From assembly GCA_947501605.1 (NCBI GenBank), contig CANMWZ010000006.1:22897-86896 (forward strand): DNA of 64,000 bases. The letters run 5' to 3'. A program made the position numbers and the translations under genes. Under the pieces are notes generated by a model. It saw only the letters and a list, made by a program, of their open reading frames with translations, was not told where the DNA came from and made no database searches. Each line of letters starts with the position of its first letter. The stretch's first letter is position 1. Shown here piece by piece: positions 51,756 through 61,000 of this stretch. Source of the DNA: Planctomycetota bacterium (GTDB taxonomy: Bacteria > Planctomycetota > UBA1135 > UBA2386).

Positions 51756-53687
51756 ATGACGCCAGTCCTCACCGCCGCGATCGCCGCCGCCTGCGTGCTG
51801 CCGCTGTCGCTGCGACTCCTCGCAGCCCGACGAGTCGTTCTGGCCAATGTGCTCTGGCTCACGGTCGCCATCGTCATTGGCATCGCCGCACGAACGGTCA
51901 CGCCCGACGTCCCGCTGGAGCCGACCTCACGTCCCGTCGAGCGGCTCGGCGACGGCTACGTCGGCAGCGGCACGTGCACCAAGTGCCATCCCGGCGAGCA
52001 TGCAAGTTGGCAGCAGTCGTTCCATCGCACGATGACACAGAGCGTCTCGCGCCCGGCGCTGCGCGCGATCTTCGACGACCTGCAACTCGACTACTTCGGC
52101 GCCCCGGTGTCGCTGCACTGGCGCGGGTCCGAGCTGTTCGTGCGGTTGTCGCCCGACGCGCGCGGTCGCCGCAACGAACGCAAAGTCGTGCAGCTGACCG
52201 GATCGCACCACGCGCAAGTGCTCTGGTACGAAACCGGCAACCAGCGCGAACTCGGCATCGTGCCGATGGTCTACCGCATCGCAGAACAGCGCTGGCTGCC
52301 GTTCCCCGCCGTGTTCTTGATACCGCCGCAGCTGCGCGAGCCGCCGCTGCCGGGAACGTGGAATGGCAACTGCAACGGGTGCCACACGACCCACAGCATG
52401 CCGCGGCTCGATACCGATCGTGTCGACACCATGGCGGCGGAGTTCGGCATCGCCTGCGAGGCGTGCCATGGCCCGGGCGAGCGCCACACGACCGCGAACG
52501 CGAACCCGCTACGTCGCTACGGCCTGCACTACGGTGGCAAGTCCAGCGACGACACCGTTGCCCAGCCAACGCGTATGTCGAGCGCGCGCAGCAACGAGGT
52601 CTGTGGGCAGTGCCACTCTGTGTCGATCGTCAAGCAGCAGCACTTCGACACATGGCGCGACCATGGCTCGCCGTTCCGGCCGGGCGAAGAACTGGCGCAG
52701 AGCCAGCTCGTGGTCTCGCCGCAGGACAGGAGTGCGCCCGAGTTGCACCGCAAGCTCGAGCAGGACCCACAGTTCTTTGCGCACACCTTCTGGAACGACG
52801 GTCTGCCGCGCGTGACCGGCCGCGAACTGCACGGCATCCGAGCCTCTCCGTGCTACGTCGGCGGCGAGGGCGAGCGTTCTCTGTCCTGCACCAGCTGCCA
52901 CCGTATGCACCGGGAGCAGGACGACGCCCGCGAACCGAGCGCGTGGGCAAGCTCGCAACTGGGCCAAGGCATGGACGGCAACGCCGCCTGCACGCAGTGC
53001 CATCCGAAGTTCGAGGATGCCACCGCTCTACAAGCGCACACCCACCACGCGCCACGATCTGCCGGCAGCTCGTGCTACGACTGCCACATGCCGCATACGA
53101 GCTATGGGCTCATGAAGGCGATGCGCAGTCATTCGATCGAGTCGCCGAGCGTTGCCCGCGAACTGCAGACCGGCAGGCCGAACGCATGCAATCTGTGCCA
53201 TCTCGATCGCACGCTGCAGTGGACGCAGAACCGACTGCAGGAGTGGTACGGAACCGAACCGAGCCCCCTCGACGAGGACCAGCGCAGCGTTGCCGCGGGG
53301 CCGCGTTGGCTGCTGCAGGGCGACGCCGGCATCCGCGCTCTCGCCGCGTGGAGCTCGGGCTATGAGCCGGCGCGCGCGGCCTCGGGCCACGACTGGCTGC
53401 AGCCGTACCTCGCGCAACTGCTCAGCGATCCCTACTACGCCGTGCGGTTCGTCGCGCGGCGGTCGCTCATGACGCTGCCCAGTGCGCCATCGCTCGCGGG
53501 CTACGACGAGTTGGCCGAGACCGGGCGCTGCCAGGAAACCACAGCCCGCCTCCAGCTCGAGTTCGCCGCCACCTCGACTCGCAGCGCGCGCACCGAGATC
53601 CTGCTGGACGAAGGCGGGATGCAGTGGGACACCTTCCGCCGCATCCTCGCCCGCCGCGACGACCGCCCCGTGTTCCTCGCCGAATGA
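51756..53687 (+). CDS. Membrane-anchored octahaem c-type cytochrome with a C-terminal helical (HEAT-like) region
   Basis: N-terminal TM and eight CxxCH motifs (CTKCH, CNGCH, CEACH, CGQCH, CTSCH, CTQCH, CYDCH, CNLCH). Starts 4 nt after the RNase HII-like stop. Confidence 0.9.
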   Translation: MTPVLTAAIAAACVLPLSLRLLAARRVVLANVLWLTVAIVIGIAARTVTPDVPLEPTSRPVERLGDGYVGSGTCTKCHPGEHASWQQSFHRTMTQSVSRPALRAIFDDLQLDYFGAPVSLHWRGSELFVRLSPDARGRRNERKVVQLTGSHHAQVLWYETGNQRELGIVPMVYRIAEQRWLPFPAVFLIPPQLREPPLPGTWNGNCNGCHTTHSMPRLDTDRVDTMAAEFGIACEACHGPGERHTTANANPLRRYGLHYGGKSSDDTVAQPTRMSSARSNEVCGQCHSVSIVKQQHFDTWRDHGSPFRPGEELAQSQLVVSPQDRSAPELHRKLEQDPQFFAHTFWNDGLPRVTGRELHGIRASPCYVGGEGERSLSCTSCHRMHREQDDAREPSAWASSQLGQGMDGNAACTQCHPKFEDATALQAHTHHAPRSAGSSCYDCHMPHTSYGLMKAMRSHSIESPSVARELQTGRPNACNLCHLDRTLQWTQNRLQEWYGTEPSPLDEDQRSVAAGPRWLLQGDAGIRALAAWSSGYEPARAASGHDWLQPYLAQLLSDPYYAVRFVARRSLMTLPSAPSLAGYDELAETGRCQETTARLQLEFAATSTRSARTEILLDEGGMQWDTFRRILARRDDRPVFLAE

Positions 53688-54103
53688 ACGGTCTCGACAC
53701 ACCTTCTAGTTTGCGCACGCGCCACCTGCGGATCGGCTGGTGGGCACTGTTCGTGTTCGCGCTGCTCGGCGTCAGCTTGGAAGCGCTGCACGGCTTCAAG
53801 GTCGCGGCCTATCTCGACGCGAGCAACGAACCGCGGCGGCTCCTGTGGCGACTCGCGCACGCGCACGGCATCGGGCTGTCGCTGGTCCACATCGCGTTCG
53901 CGTTCACTGCGGGCGCGATGCCGAGTCCGCCGCGATGGGCCTCCCCGTGCCTGACCGGGGCACTGCTGGCGATGCCGGCCGGGTTCTTCCTCGGCGGGCT
54001 TTTGCCGGTCGGCGGCGATCCGGGTGCGGGCATCGTGCTCGTGCCGCTCGGGGCCTTGTTGCTGCTGGTCGCGATCGGGGCCACGGCGCGCGGGCTACGC
54101 TGA
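53684..54103 (+). CDS. Small four-TM membrane protein, function unknown
   Basis: The ATG overlaps the cytochrome stop (ATGA). 'WWALFVFALLGVSLEALHGF', 'LAHAHGIGLSLVHIAFAF' carry several intramembrane His. Confidence 0.6.
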   Translation: MNGLDTPSSLRTRHLRIGWWALFVFALLGVSLEALHGFKVAAYLDASNEPRRLLWRLAHAHGIGLSLVHIAFAFTAGAMPSPPRWASPCLTGALLAMPAGFFLGGLLPVGGDPGAGIVLVPLGALLLLVAIGATARGLR

Positions 54104-54151
54104 GCGCCCAGCGTTCCGATCGCGACAAACAACGGATCAGGCTGACGTCAA

Positions 54152-54982
54152 CTAGCGGCGAGAACGCGCAGCGGCCAAGAAGATAGACCGAACGGCGATC
54201 TCGAACTCCGCGCGTTGAAGCTTGATTGCGTCCTGCGCGGCAAAGAAGGCTGGGTACCTCGATTGCTCGAGAAACACGAATCGATTGTGAGAGAAGTCCG
54301 ACCCCGGCAACTCCCCCGACAGCCACCTGCCATCGGGATTACGTGCCTTGGCCTCCGCCCGGAGTTTCCGTCCGATTCCATCAGGATCCGAGCCATTTGG
54401 CTTGGTCACGAAGTCGCCGTTCTGGATCGCTTCGGCCAGTGCGAGTCGGTCGGCGAGATGAACGTCTCGCTTGGCCGATCGCAGTTTCGCACCATACTCT
54501 GCAATCAACTCTTCCAGGACTCGGAGGTCTTCTCCTCCGAGTTCGGCACGCGCGGGGTTGTAGTCCTTGTTCTGCCGAAGCTCGTCCACCGAGGGCATTG
54601 GCTCCACAAACGGATCTAACTCAGCAGGCGGCTGCAGCGCGCTTTGAAGGGCTTTGCGAATGGTGTTGATGCCTACATCGCTACCGCTCGGCTGGGCCAG
54701 GAACGCCATAGCCTGAGCCTCGAGGGTAGGTTCCACCGCAGCTGCGACCCGAACCACCGTCTCAGCGGAACTAGCGCTCTCGCTCGTAGCGGCTGGTTCT
54801 GCCTTCACTGGCGTCGGGCCATCTTCTCCACGAACTGGCAGCGGCGTTGCTTCCTGATGAGCCCTGGGGACAGAGTGTTCTGTCACCGGCACCTCGACCA
54901 CTGAGTTCCTGCTGGCAAACCATGCACCGACCAGGACGACCAGGACAACAGAGAGGATCCGTGCCCACTTGTGGCTCACCAT
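54152..54982 (-). CDS. Membrane-anchored protein, function unknown
   Basis: 'MVSHKWARILSVVLVVLVGAWFA' anchor, Pro/Ala/Glu linker, helical C-domain. Starts 3 nt after the stop of the Cys-rich protein gene. Confidence 0.55.
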   Translation of the reverse strand: MVSHKWARILSVVLVVLVGAWFASRNSVVEVPVTEHSVPRAHQEATPLPVRGEDGPTPVKAEPAATSESASSAETVVRVAAAVEPTLEAQAMAFLAQPSGSDVGINTIRKALQSALQPPAELDPFVEPMPSVDELRQNKDYNPARAELGGEDLRVLEELIAEYGAKLRSAKRDVHLADRLALAEAIQNGDFVTKPNGSDPDGIGRKLRAEAKARNPDGRWLSGELPGSDFSHNRFVFLEQSRYPAFFAAQDAIKLQRAEFEIAVRSIFLAAARSRR

Positions 54983-54985
54983 GAC

Positions 54986-55492
54986 TCAGCCCCCTGCTGG
55001 CACGAAGTTCTGGGGACAGGCACTGCAGGTACCGCTCGGGGCAGCGATGATCTGGACCGGTTGGTTGCCGTAGTAGCGTCGGAAGACCCAACTGTCCTGC
55101 TTGCCGCACACAACTGGATAGTCGGTGACGGAACTCGGATTGGCGAAGAGGAACGACTCAGCAGTGCAGGCTGGTGATCCGACAGGATGCCCGGCCGCGT
55201 CCACGTGCTGAGTGCAGTAAGACTGGCTGTAGAGAACGCCGCATCCGTGATCCACGATCTGGATTGTGACGGAGAAGAGGCAGTTCGCACGAGCGACGCA
55301 CTTCGGGGGAGGGTTCAGCTTGCACTCCCCGGAAAGGGAACCACCCCAAGTGACGATGACCGTAGTGCACGCATCGTTGACCGGGCTACCGTCGTCCACG
55401 ACCGGGTTGCACACGGCGCACACTTGCGCAAACGCAAGGTTGCCGACCAGAACCAAACAGGCGAAGGCCTTTCGCAGAAGTTCGAGCTTCAT
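54986..55492 (-). CDS. Small secreted cysteine-rich protein, function unknown
   Basis: Internal Met gives the signal peptide 'MKLELLRKAFACLVLVGNLAFAQ'. The mature ~145 aa carries 12 Cys by my count ('VCAVCNP', 'GECKLNPPPKC', 'GTCSACP'). Confidence 0.6.
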   Translation of the reverse strand: MKLELLRKAFACLVLVGNLAFAQVCAVCNPVVDDGSPVNDACTTVIVTWGGSLSGECKLNPPPKCVARANCLFSVTIQIVDHGCGVLYSQSYCTQHVDAAGHPVGSPACTAESFLFANPSSVTDYPVVCGKQDSWVFRRYYGNQPVQIIAAPSGTCSACPQNFVPAGG

Positions 55493-55506
55493 CGAAGCAA
55501 TCTCAT

Positions 55507-55558
55507 GGGCCCTTGCCGGGGGCCCTTGCCGGGGGCCCTTGCCGGGGGCCCTTGCCGC
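55507..55558. repeat. 13-nt tandem repeat x4 (GGGCCCTTGCCGG) in the leader/promoter of the Cys-rich protein gene
   Basis: Units at 55507-19, 55520-32, 55533-45 and 55546-58; the last ends in C instead of G. The array ends 15 nt upstream of the ATG at 55492. Unit length is not a multiple of 3. Confidence 0.85.
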
Positions 55559-55729
55559 GAGGCTGACCCTCAGCCCCGAGATCACTCTCCTACCCCGAAC
55601 TACCAATGCAATCAATGCCCAGTCCATGACGCTTTCGGCACTCGCGCCGACCCACGTCTCGATAGCCAGGACGACCCAGTACGGTTCCTGTTGACTGACG
55701 CCTCGCGACCTCGGCGAAGCGACATGCCC

Positions 55730-57757
55730 TCACTTGCCGTCGACGACGATCTGCTGCCCGGGGACCACCGTGACATCGCGCCGCGCGATCGCGCGCCCGC
55801 GAACGAAGAACACCACCGTCCACGACCCCGACGGCACCGCGGCCTCGCCCGGCAATCCGCGTTCGAGCGGCCCGCGCATCGCCACGTCGTCGCCGCGCAC
55901 CACCGCGAACGCATCCGCCAGCGGGTGCATCGGCCGCACCACGCCGCCGCGCGCGAGTTCGACCACGACATCGTCCGTCGATTGTTGTGCCGTCACGACG
56001 ACGCCGTGCACAACACCGACGCGCCCGGAACCATCCTGGGCCACGAAGTCCCAAGTGCCCTCCCGCAAGCGGCCGTACTCGAACCGACCATCGAGATCGA
56101 CGCGCCCGCCGACCACTTCGCCGCCCGCGCGACGAAAGCCGCGCACGAACGTGTCTGGCTGCACTTCGCCCGAGCCGCTGACGCGTCCACGCAACGATCC
56201 GCTTACCGATGCGACTTTGACCTCGAGCCCCGTTCGCCCCGCCGGCACGTTGACCGGTTCGCGCATCGCCAAGTCCTGGTCGTAGAGCTCCGTGGTGACC
56301 TCGTAATCGCCCGGCGCGAGGGACTCGATCGTGAACAGGCCGTCGCGATCGGTGACCGCCGAGGCCACCTGCGTGTCGCCCCTCATGGCATGCACTTCGA
56401 AGGCGCTGATCGGACGATTCCCCGGGCCGGTCAGTCGTCCTGAAATCGACAGCGAGCGCTGGACCTTCAGCTCCATGCGGGCGGTCGCGCCAGCCTGAAC
56501 CTCGACGCGAGCGCAGGGCGATACCCAACCCGGCGTCCCCTGCACGGCCAAAGCCCAGGATCCGGGATCGAGTTCCTTCAACTCAAAGCTGCCATCGGGT
56601 TCGGTCAGCACCGCGAGACCATCGACGTTCTCGGCGAGGACATCCAACACCGCATCGCCGTGGACCAGCACTGCCGCGACACGTGCAGAGGGCACCGGAG
56701 TCCCGGCCGCGTCGAGCACACGGCCTACAATGGCACCGAGCGACGTCAGTTGGATGCGATGGGCGTTGGCGCCGGACGCTAGTTCCAACGTCTGCGTCGC
56801 CGCCGCCGCGGTCCCCACTGGGGGCTGTACAGCAATCACCAGCGACACGGCGGCCGGGAGGTCGGCAAACCCACAGGCACCGCGATCGTCGAGCTGCGCG
56901 GTCCACACTTCGGGCATGCCGCGCGGTGGCGCGTTGGCGGGATACACCAGCGACCACGGCATCGCCGTCACCGTGACCAGGCCATCGGGCAAGGGTTCGC
57001 CCGAGGCATCGACAACGGTGATCGACAAGTCCGCCGCAGTTGCCAATGGCACCTCGATGACGCCGTCTTCGCCAAAGCTCTTGGCGATCGGCACGACACG
57101 GCGCATGGCGCGACCTTCTTTCTGCACGACCAAGAACTCGTAGTCACCGGCCACATCGATCGCGACCAGGCCCTCCGCATCGGTTACGGACTCGGTTTCC
57201 CCGTACGGGTAGACGAGCACGTGTGCGCCCTCCAGCGGGGTATTGGCTTCGGCAGCGACCACGCGGCACCAGACTTGGCCACCGGCATCGGCAACGAGTA
57301 CGGCGCGCGCCTCGACGACTTCCCCCGCTGTGGCAGTGACACGTTGGCGCAGCACGTTGCCGGCACGTGCGTCGGCAGGCTTGATCTCGATCCAGTGGCG
57401 GCCTGGCTTCAGTTCGAACTCGGCAATGCCGTTCTCGTCCGAGGTCTTGGGCGCAACCTTGCCGGGTTGAATCACGCAACCCGCGACCGGGACGCCGGCC
57501 CCGTTGCAAACCAACACCCGCACGATGGCGATTCCGGCTGCGGGCTTCGGCCGCGTCGGCCCGACCTCCGTGCGCCGATCGGGGCTCCTGGTCTCCGATT
57601 GCCGCGGCAGTTCCCGCTCTTGCATCTCCGTCTCGATCGGGACCTGCGCCACCACGGCGACTTCCTCGATCGGCCAGAAGAAGTACGCCAGCACAAAGGA
57701 CGCGACAGCCAAGAGCAGCAGCAGCAACGAGGAACGCACATGGGGATTGGACCTCAC
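55730..57757 (-). CDS. Membrane-anchored protein made of repeated CarboxypepD_reg-like beta-sandwich domains
   Basis: TM 'SSLLLLLLAVASFVLAYFFW', then about 6-7 repeats of the type 'G.V.D..G.P...A.V........T.....DG.F....L.PG.Y'. Start is uncertain: GTG 57757 just before the TM, or TTG 57940 as in the ORF track. Confidence 0.7.
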   Translation of the reverse strand: MRSNPHVRSSLLLLLLAVASFVLAYFFWPIEEVAVVAQVPIETEMQERELPRQSETRSPDRRTEVGPTRPKPAAGIAIVRVLVCNGAGVPVAGCVIQPGKVAPKTSDENGIAEFELKPGRHWIEIKPADARAGNVLRQRVTATAGEVVEARAVLVADAGGQVWCRVVAAEANTPLEGAHVLVYPYGETESVTDAEGLVAIDVAGDYEFLVVQKEGRAMRRVVPIAKSFGEDGVIEVPLATAADLSITVVDASGEPLPDGLVTVTAMPWSLVYPANAPPRGMPEVWTAQLDDRGACGFADLPAAVSLVIAVQPPVGTAAAATQTLELASGANAHRIQLTSLGAIVGRVLDAAGTPVPSARVAAVLVHGDAVLDVLAENVDGLAVLTEPDGSFELKELDPGSWALAVQGTPGWVSPCARVEVQAGATARMELKVQRSLSISGRLTGPGNRPISAFEVHAMRGDTQVASAVTDRDGLFTIESLAPGDYEVTTELYDQDLAMREPVNVPAGRTGLEVKVASVSGSLRGRVSGSGEVQPDTFVRGFRRAGGEVVGGRVDLDGRFEYGRLREGTWDFVAQDGSGRVGVVHGVVVTAQQSTDDVVVELARGGVVRPMHPLADAFAVVRGDDVAMRGPLERGLPGEAAVPSGSWTVVFFVRGRAIARRDVTVVPGQQIVVDGK

Positions 57758-58087
57758 GGAAGGGCAGTTGTCAGCCGGGCACCTTGCCGGACCCCCGATC
57801 GGCCTCGGGCTACCTGGCACCTGGCCGTACCATCGACCCAACGCCGCCGCCACGCCCGGCCAGGGGCGAGACGTTCGCACGATGCAGGTGTACGCGTGCT
57901 TCGCCCCGCTCTCATGCCGACAGCACCGCTCCTGGTCCAAGACCGGAGCACGGCGAGAGCGGGCAAGGACTAGATTCGGAACGGGATCTGGAGGTTCGGC
58001 AGTGAGTTCGCGACGCTGGCATCGGGCGTCGGGGCCGATCGCGGCTGCTGGTGCTTTCTGAATCCACTTCTAGACTCCCCCGCCCAG

Positions 58088-61000
58088 ATGACGACCGAGC
58101 TGCCCGCCAAGTACGAACCCGCCACCCTCGAACCCGCGGTGACCTCGCGTTGGCGCGAGCACAAGGCCTTCGCCGCCTTCCCCGACGCACGCGAGCATCG
58201 CTACGTCGTCATGATGCCGCTGCCCAACGTCACCGGCGCGCTGCACATGGGGCACGCGATGGACAACGTCATGCAGGATCTGCTGATTCGTTGGCATCGC
58301 ATGCGCGGCGACAACACGCTGTGGCAAGCGGGCACCGACCACGCCGGCATCGCCACCCAAGCGGTGGTCGAGAAGCGCCTCAAGGAAATCGAAGGCAAGA
58401 CGCGCCACGACATCGGTCGCGAGGCTCTCGTCGAGCGCATCTGGGAATGGAAGGAGCAGAGTCAAAAGCGCATCATCGCGCAGCAGCAGGGCATGGGCTG
58501 CTCGTGCGACTGGGACCGCACCCGCTTCACCATGGATGCGGTGTGTGCCCGCGCTGTGCGCCACACGTTCTTCAAGATGTTCCGGGACGGACTCATCTTC
58601 CGCGGCAACCGACTCGTCAACTGGGACTGCGCGCTGCAGACCGCCGTCGCCGACGACGAGCTCTACAAGGAGACCGTTCAGGGCAAGTTCCACTACCTGC
58701 GCTACCCGTTGCACGAACGCAAGCCCGGCGAGCCCGAGCACGTGATCGTGGCGACGACGCGGCCCGAGACGATGCTCGGCGACACCGCCGTCGCGATTCA
58801 TCCCGATCCGGCGATGGCGTTGCGTGCCGCCATCGAGGCGCAGCGGCACAAGGTGCAAGGCGCCGCCGACAAGGAGCGCGCCGTCGCCGAACAGGAGCTC
58901 GAACGCCTGCTGCAGCGCGAGCAAGAGTTGCTGCCGCATCTCATCCAGATCGCTGCCCTGGCCAAGCAGGGCCGCAAGATCACGCTGCCACTGACCGGCC
59001 GCACGATCCCGCTGATCACGGACGAATGGGCCGATCCGGCGCTCGGCACCGGCTGCGTCAAGATCACGCCCGCGCACGACCCCAACGACTACCAAGTGTG
59101 GCAGCGGCACCGTTCGATCGGTGCAATCAACGTGCTGAATGGCAACGGCACGATCAGCGCCGAAGGCCCGTATCTCGGCCTCGATCGCTTCGACGCCCGC
59201 AAGCAGATCCTGCGGGACCTGCAGGCGCAGAACCTGGTCGAGAAGATCGAGGACCGCACGATTGAGATCGACCACAGCGACCGCAGCAAGACCATCGTCG
59301 AGCCGTGGCTCAGCAAGCAGTGGTTCGTGCACATGGCCGATGTCGACGGCGGCATCACCATGGGTGCTGGCACGCCAAAGCAGTTTCGCTCGAAGGGGCT
59401 CGCACAAGCAGCACTCGACGCCGCCGCGGGGGCGCTGCCGGCATTGGCCGACGGCAACGCCCGCATGCAAGTGCGCTTCCATCCCGACCAGGACCGCTAT
59501 CGCAAGATGTACGACCAGTGGCTTGCCGAGAAGCGCGACTGGTGCATCAGCCGCCAGCTCTGGTGGGGCCATCGCATTCCGGTGTGGCGCGGCGAGATGC
59601 AGAAGCAGCACCTCTTGATGCTCGAGTCGGTGCTGCAAGGCCAACTGCGGCGCGACGATGTCGCGGCCTGGATCGTGCTGCCCGACGGCTCGCGTCTGTC
59701 GGTCGCCGATGCGCTACTAGCCCTCAAGAGGGAAGGCGCGCCGGCCACCGTCGAAGTGCAGATCTGCTTCCGCGACGACACTGCCGACGCGACGACTGGT
59801 GTGGTGCTGCAAGGTGCCGGACTCGAACTCGATCCCGATGTCCTCGACACCTGGTTCAGTTCGGCATTGTGGCCTCACAGCACGCTGGGCTGGCCTGACC
59901 CTCTGTCCGCCAGGGTCGACCCCGGCCAACCGTCGCTCGGTGCGCGCGGCGACAACCAGAGCGCGCTCGACTACTGGTATCCCGGTTCGTGCCTCGTGAC
60001 CGGCCGCGACATCATCACGCTGTGGGTCGCGCGCATGGTGATCACTGGGCTCTACAACCTTGGCGACGTGCCGTTCAGCGACGTCTTCTTGCACGCCACC
60101 ATCCTCGATGGCAAGGGCGAGCGGATGAGCAAGAGCAAGGGCAACGGCATCGACCCGCTCGACATCATCAAGCGGTATGGCGCCGACGCACTTCGCTATG
60201 TGGTCTGCGAACTGCAGACCGGCACGCAGGACATTCGCTTGCCGGTGCAAGCGATCTCGCCGTTCACCAAAGACGGCGAGCCAGAGCAACTGATCGACCT
60301 CGCGACCGCGAAGCCCGGTCCGTACCTTGGCACCTACATCGACCCCGTCACCAAACAGCCGTTCGATCTCGTCGGCCAGTACGGAAAGCAGGGGCTCGCG
60401 CCGGCGAAAGCTGTGAGCGATCGCTTCGCAGTCGGCGCCAACTTCTGCAACAAGCTGTTCAACGCGGCGCGGTTTGCCTTCCTCAACCTCGACGGCGCCT
60501 CGTTCACCGAGCGCCCGCTCGCGTCGCTGCCGCTCGAAGACCGCTGGATCCTGTCGCGCCTGGCGGCCGCCCATGCCAACGTGCACGGAGCCCTGTCGTC
60601 GTACAACCCGGCTGCAGCGATTGCAGCAGCGCGTGAGTTCTTCTGGGGCGAGCTGTGTGACTGGTACCTCGAACTGGTCAAGCCGCGCTTCCGCGACGAG
60701 GCGCCGGCGGCCGAACGTGCCCTCGCGCAGCAGGTGCTCGCCGCCGTGCTCGACCAGACGCTGCGCATCCTGCACCCGTTCGTGCCGTTCTTGACCGAGA
60801 CGCTCTGGCAAAACCTGTGCGACCTCGCGCCCGTCCGGGGTATCGATCGCGAACTCGAAGGGAGCGCGCTGCTGGTGCACGCGCGGTGGCCGGAACACAC
60901 GGCAACGTGGATTTCCGAGGAGGCCGACAGCGACCTCAAGTGCGTGCAGCAATGGTGCGCCGCGATCCGCGAAGCGCGCGCCAGCTACCAAGTCGCACCA

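Noticed and set aside
50357-51901. Other long antisense or alternative-frame ORFs. Examples: 50357-51901(-), 24844-27024(+), 4520-6265(+), 6408-7508(-), 27105-28469(+), 34877-37030(+), 42380-43807(-), 58070-59644(-), 59717-61081(-), 21869-23173(+), 51974-53365(+).
   Set aside because: Each overlaps a gene with clear family motifs on the other strand or in another frame (RNase HII-like, secreted protein, CapD, GT4, lipoprotein, esterase, kdsA, valS, TBDR, cytochrome). All have the Arg/Pro/Gly-rich composition of GC-driven shadow ORFs.
55507-55558. Tandem repeats here and at 26945-26979, considered as a CRISPR array.
   Set aside because: The units are directly adjacent with no spacers, are only 13-18 nt long, and have at most 4 copies. 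No cas genes are in the window.
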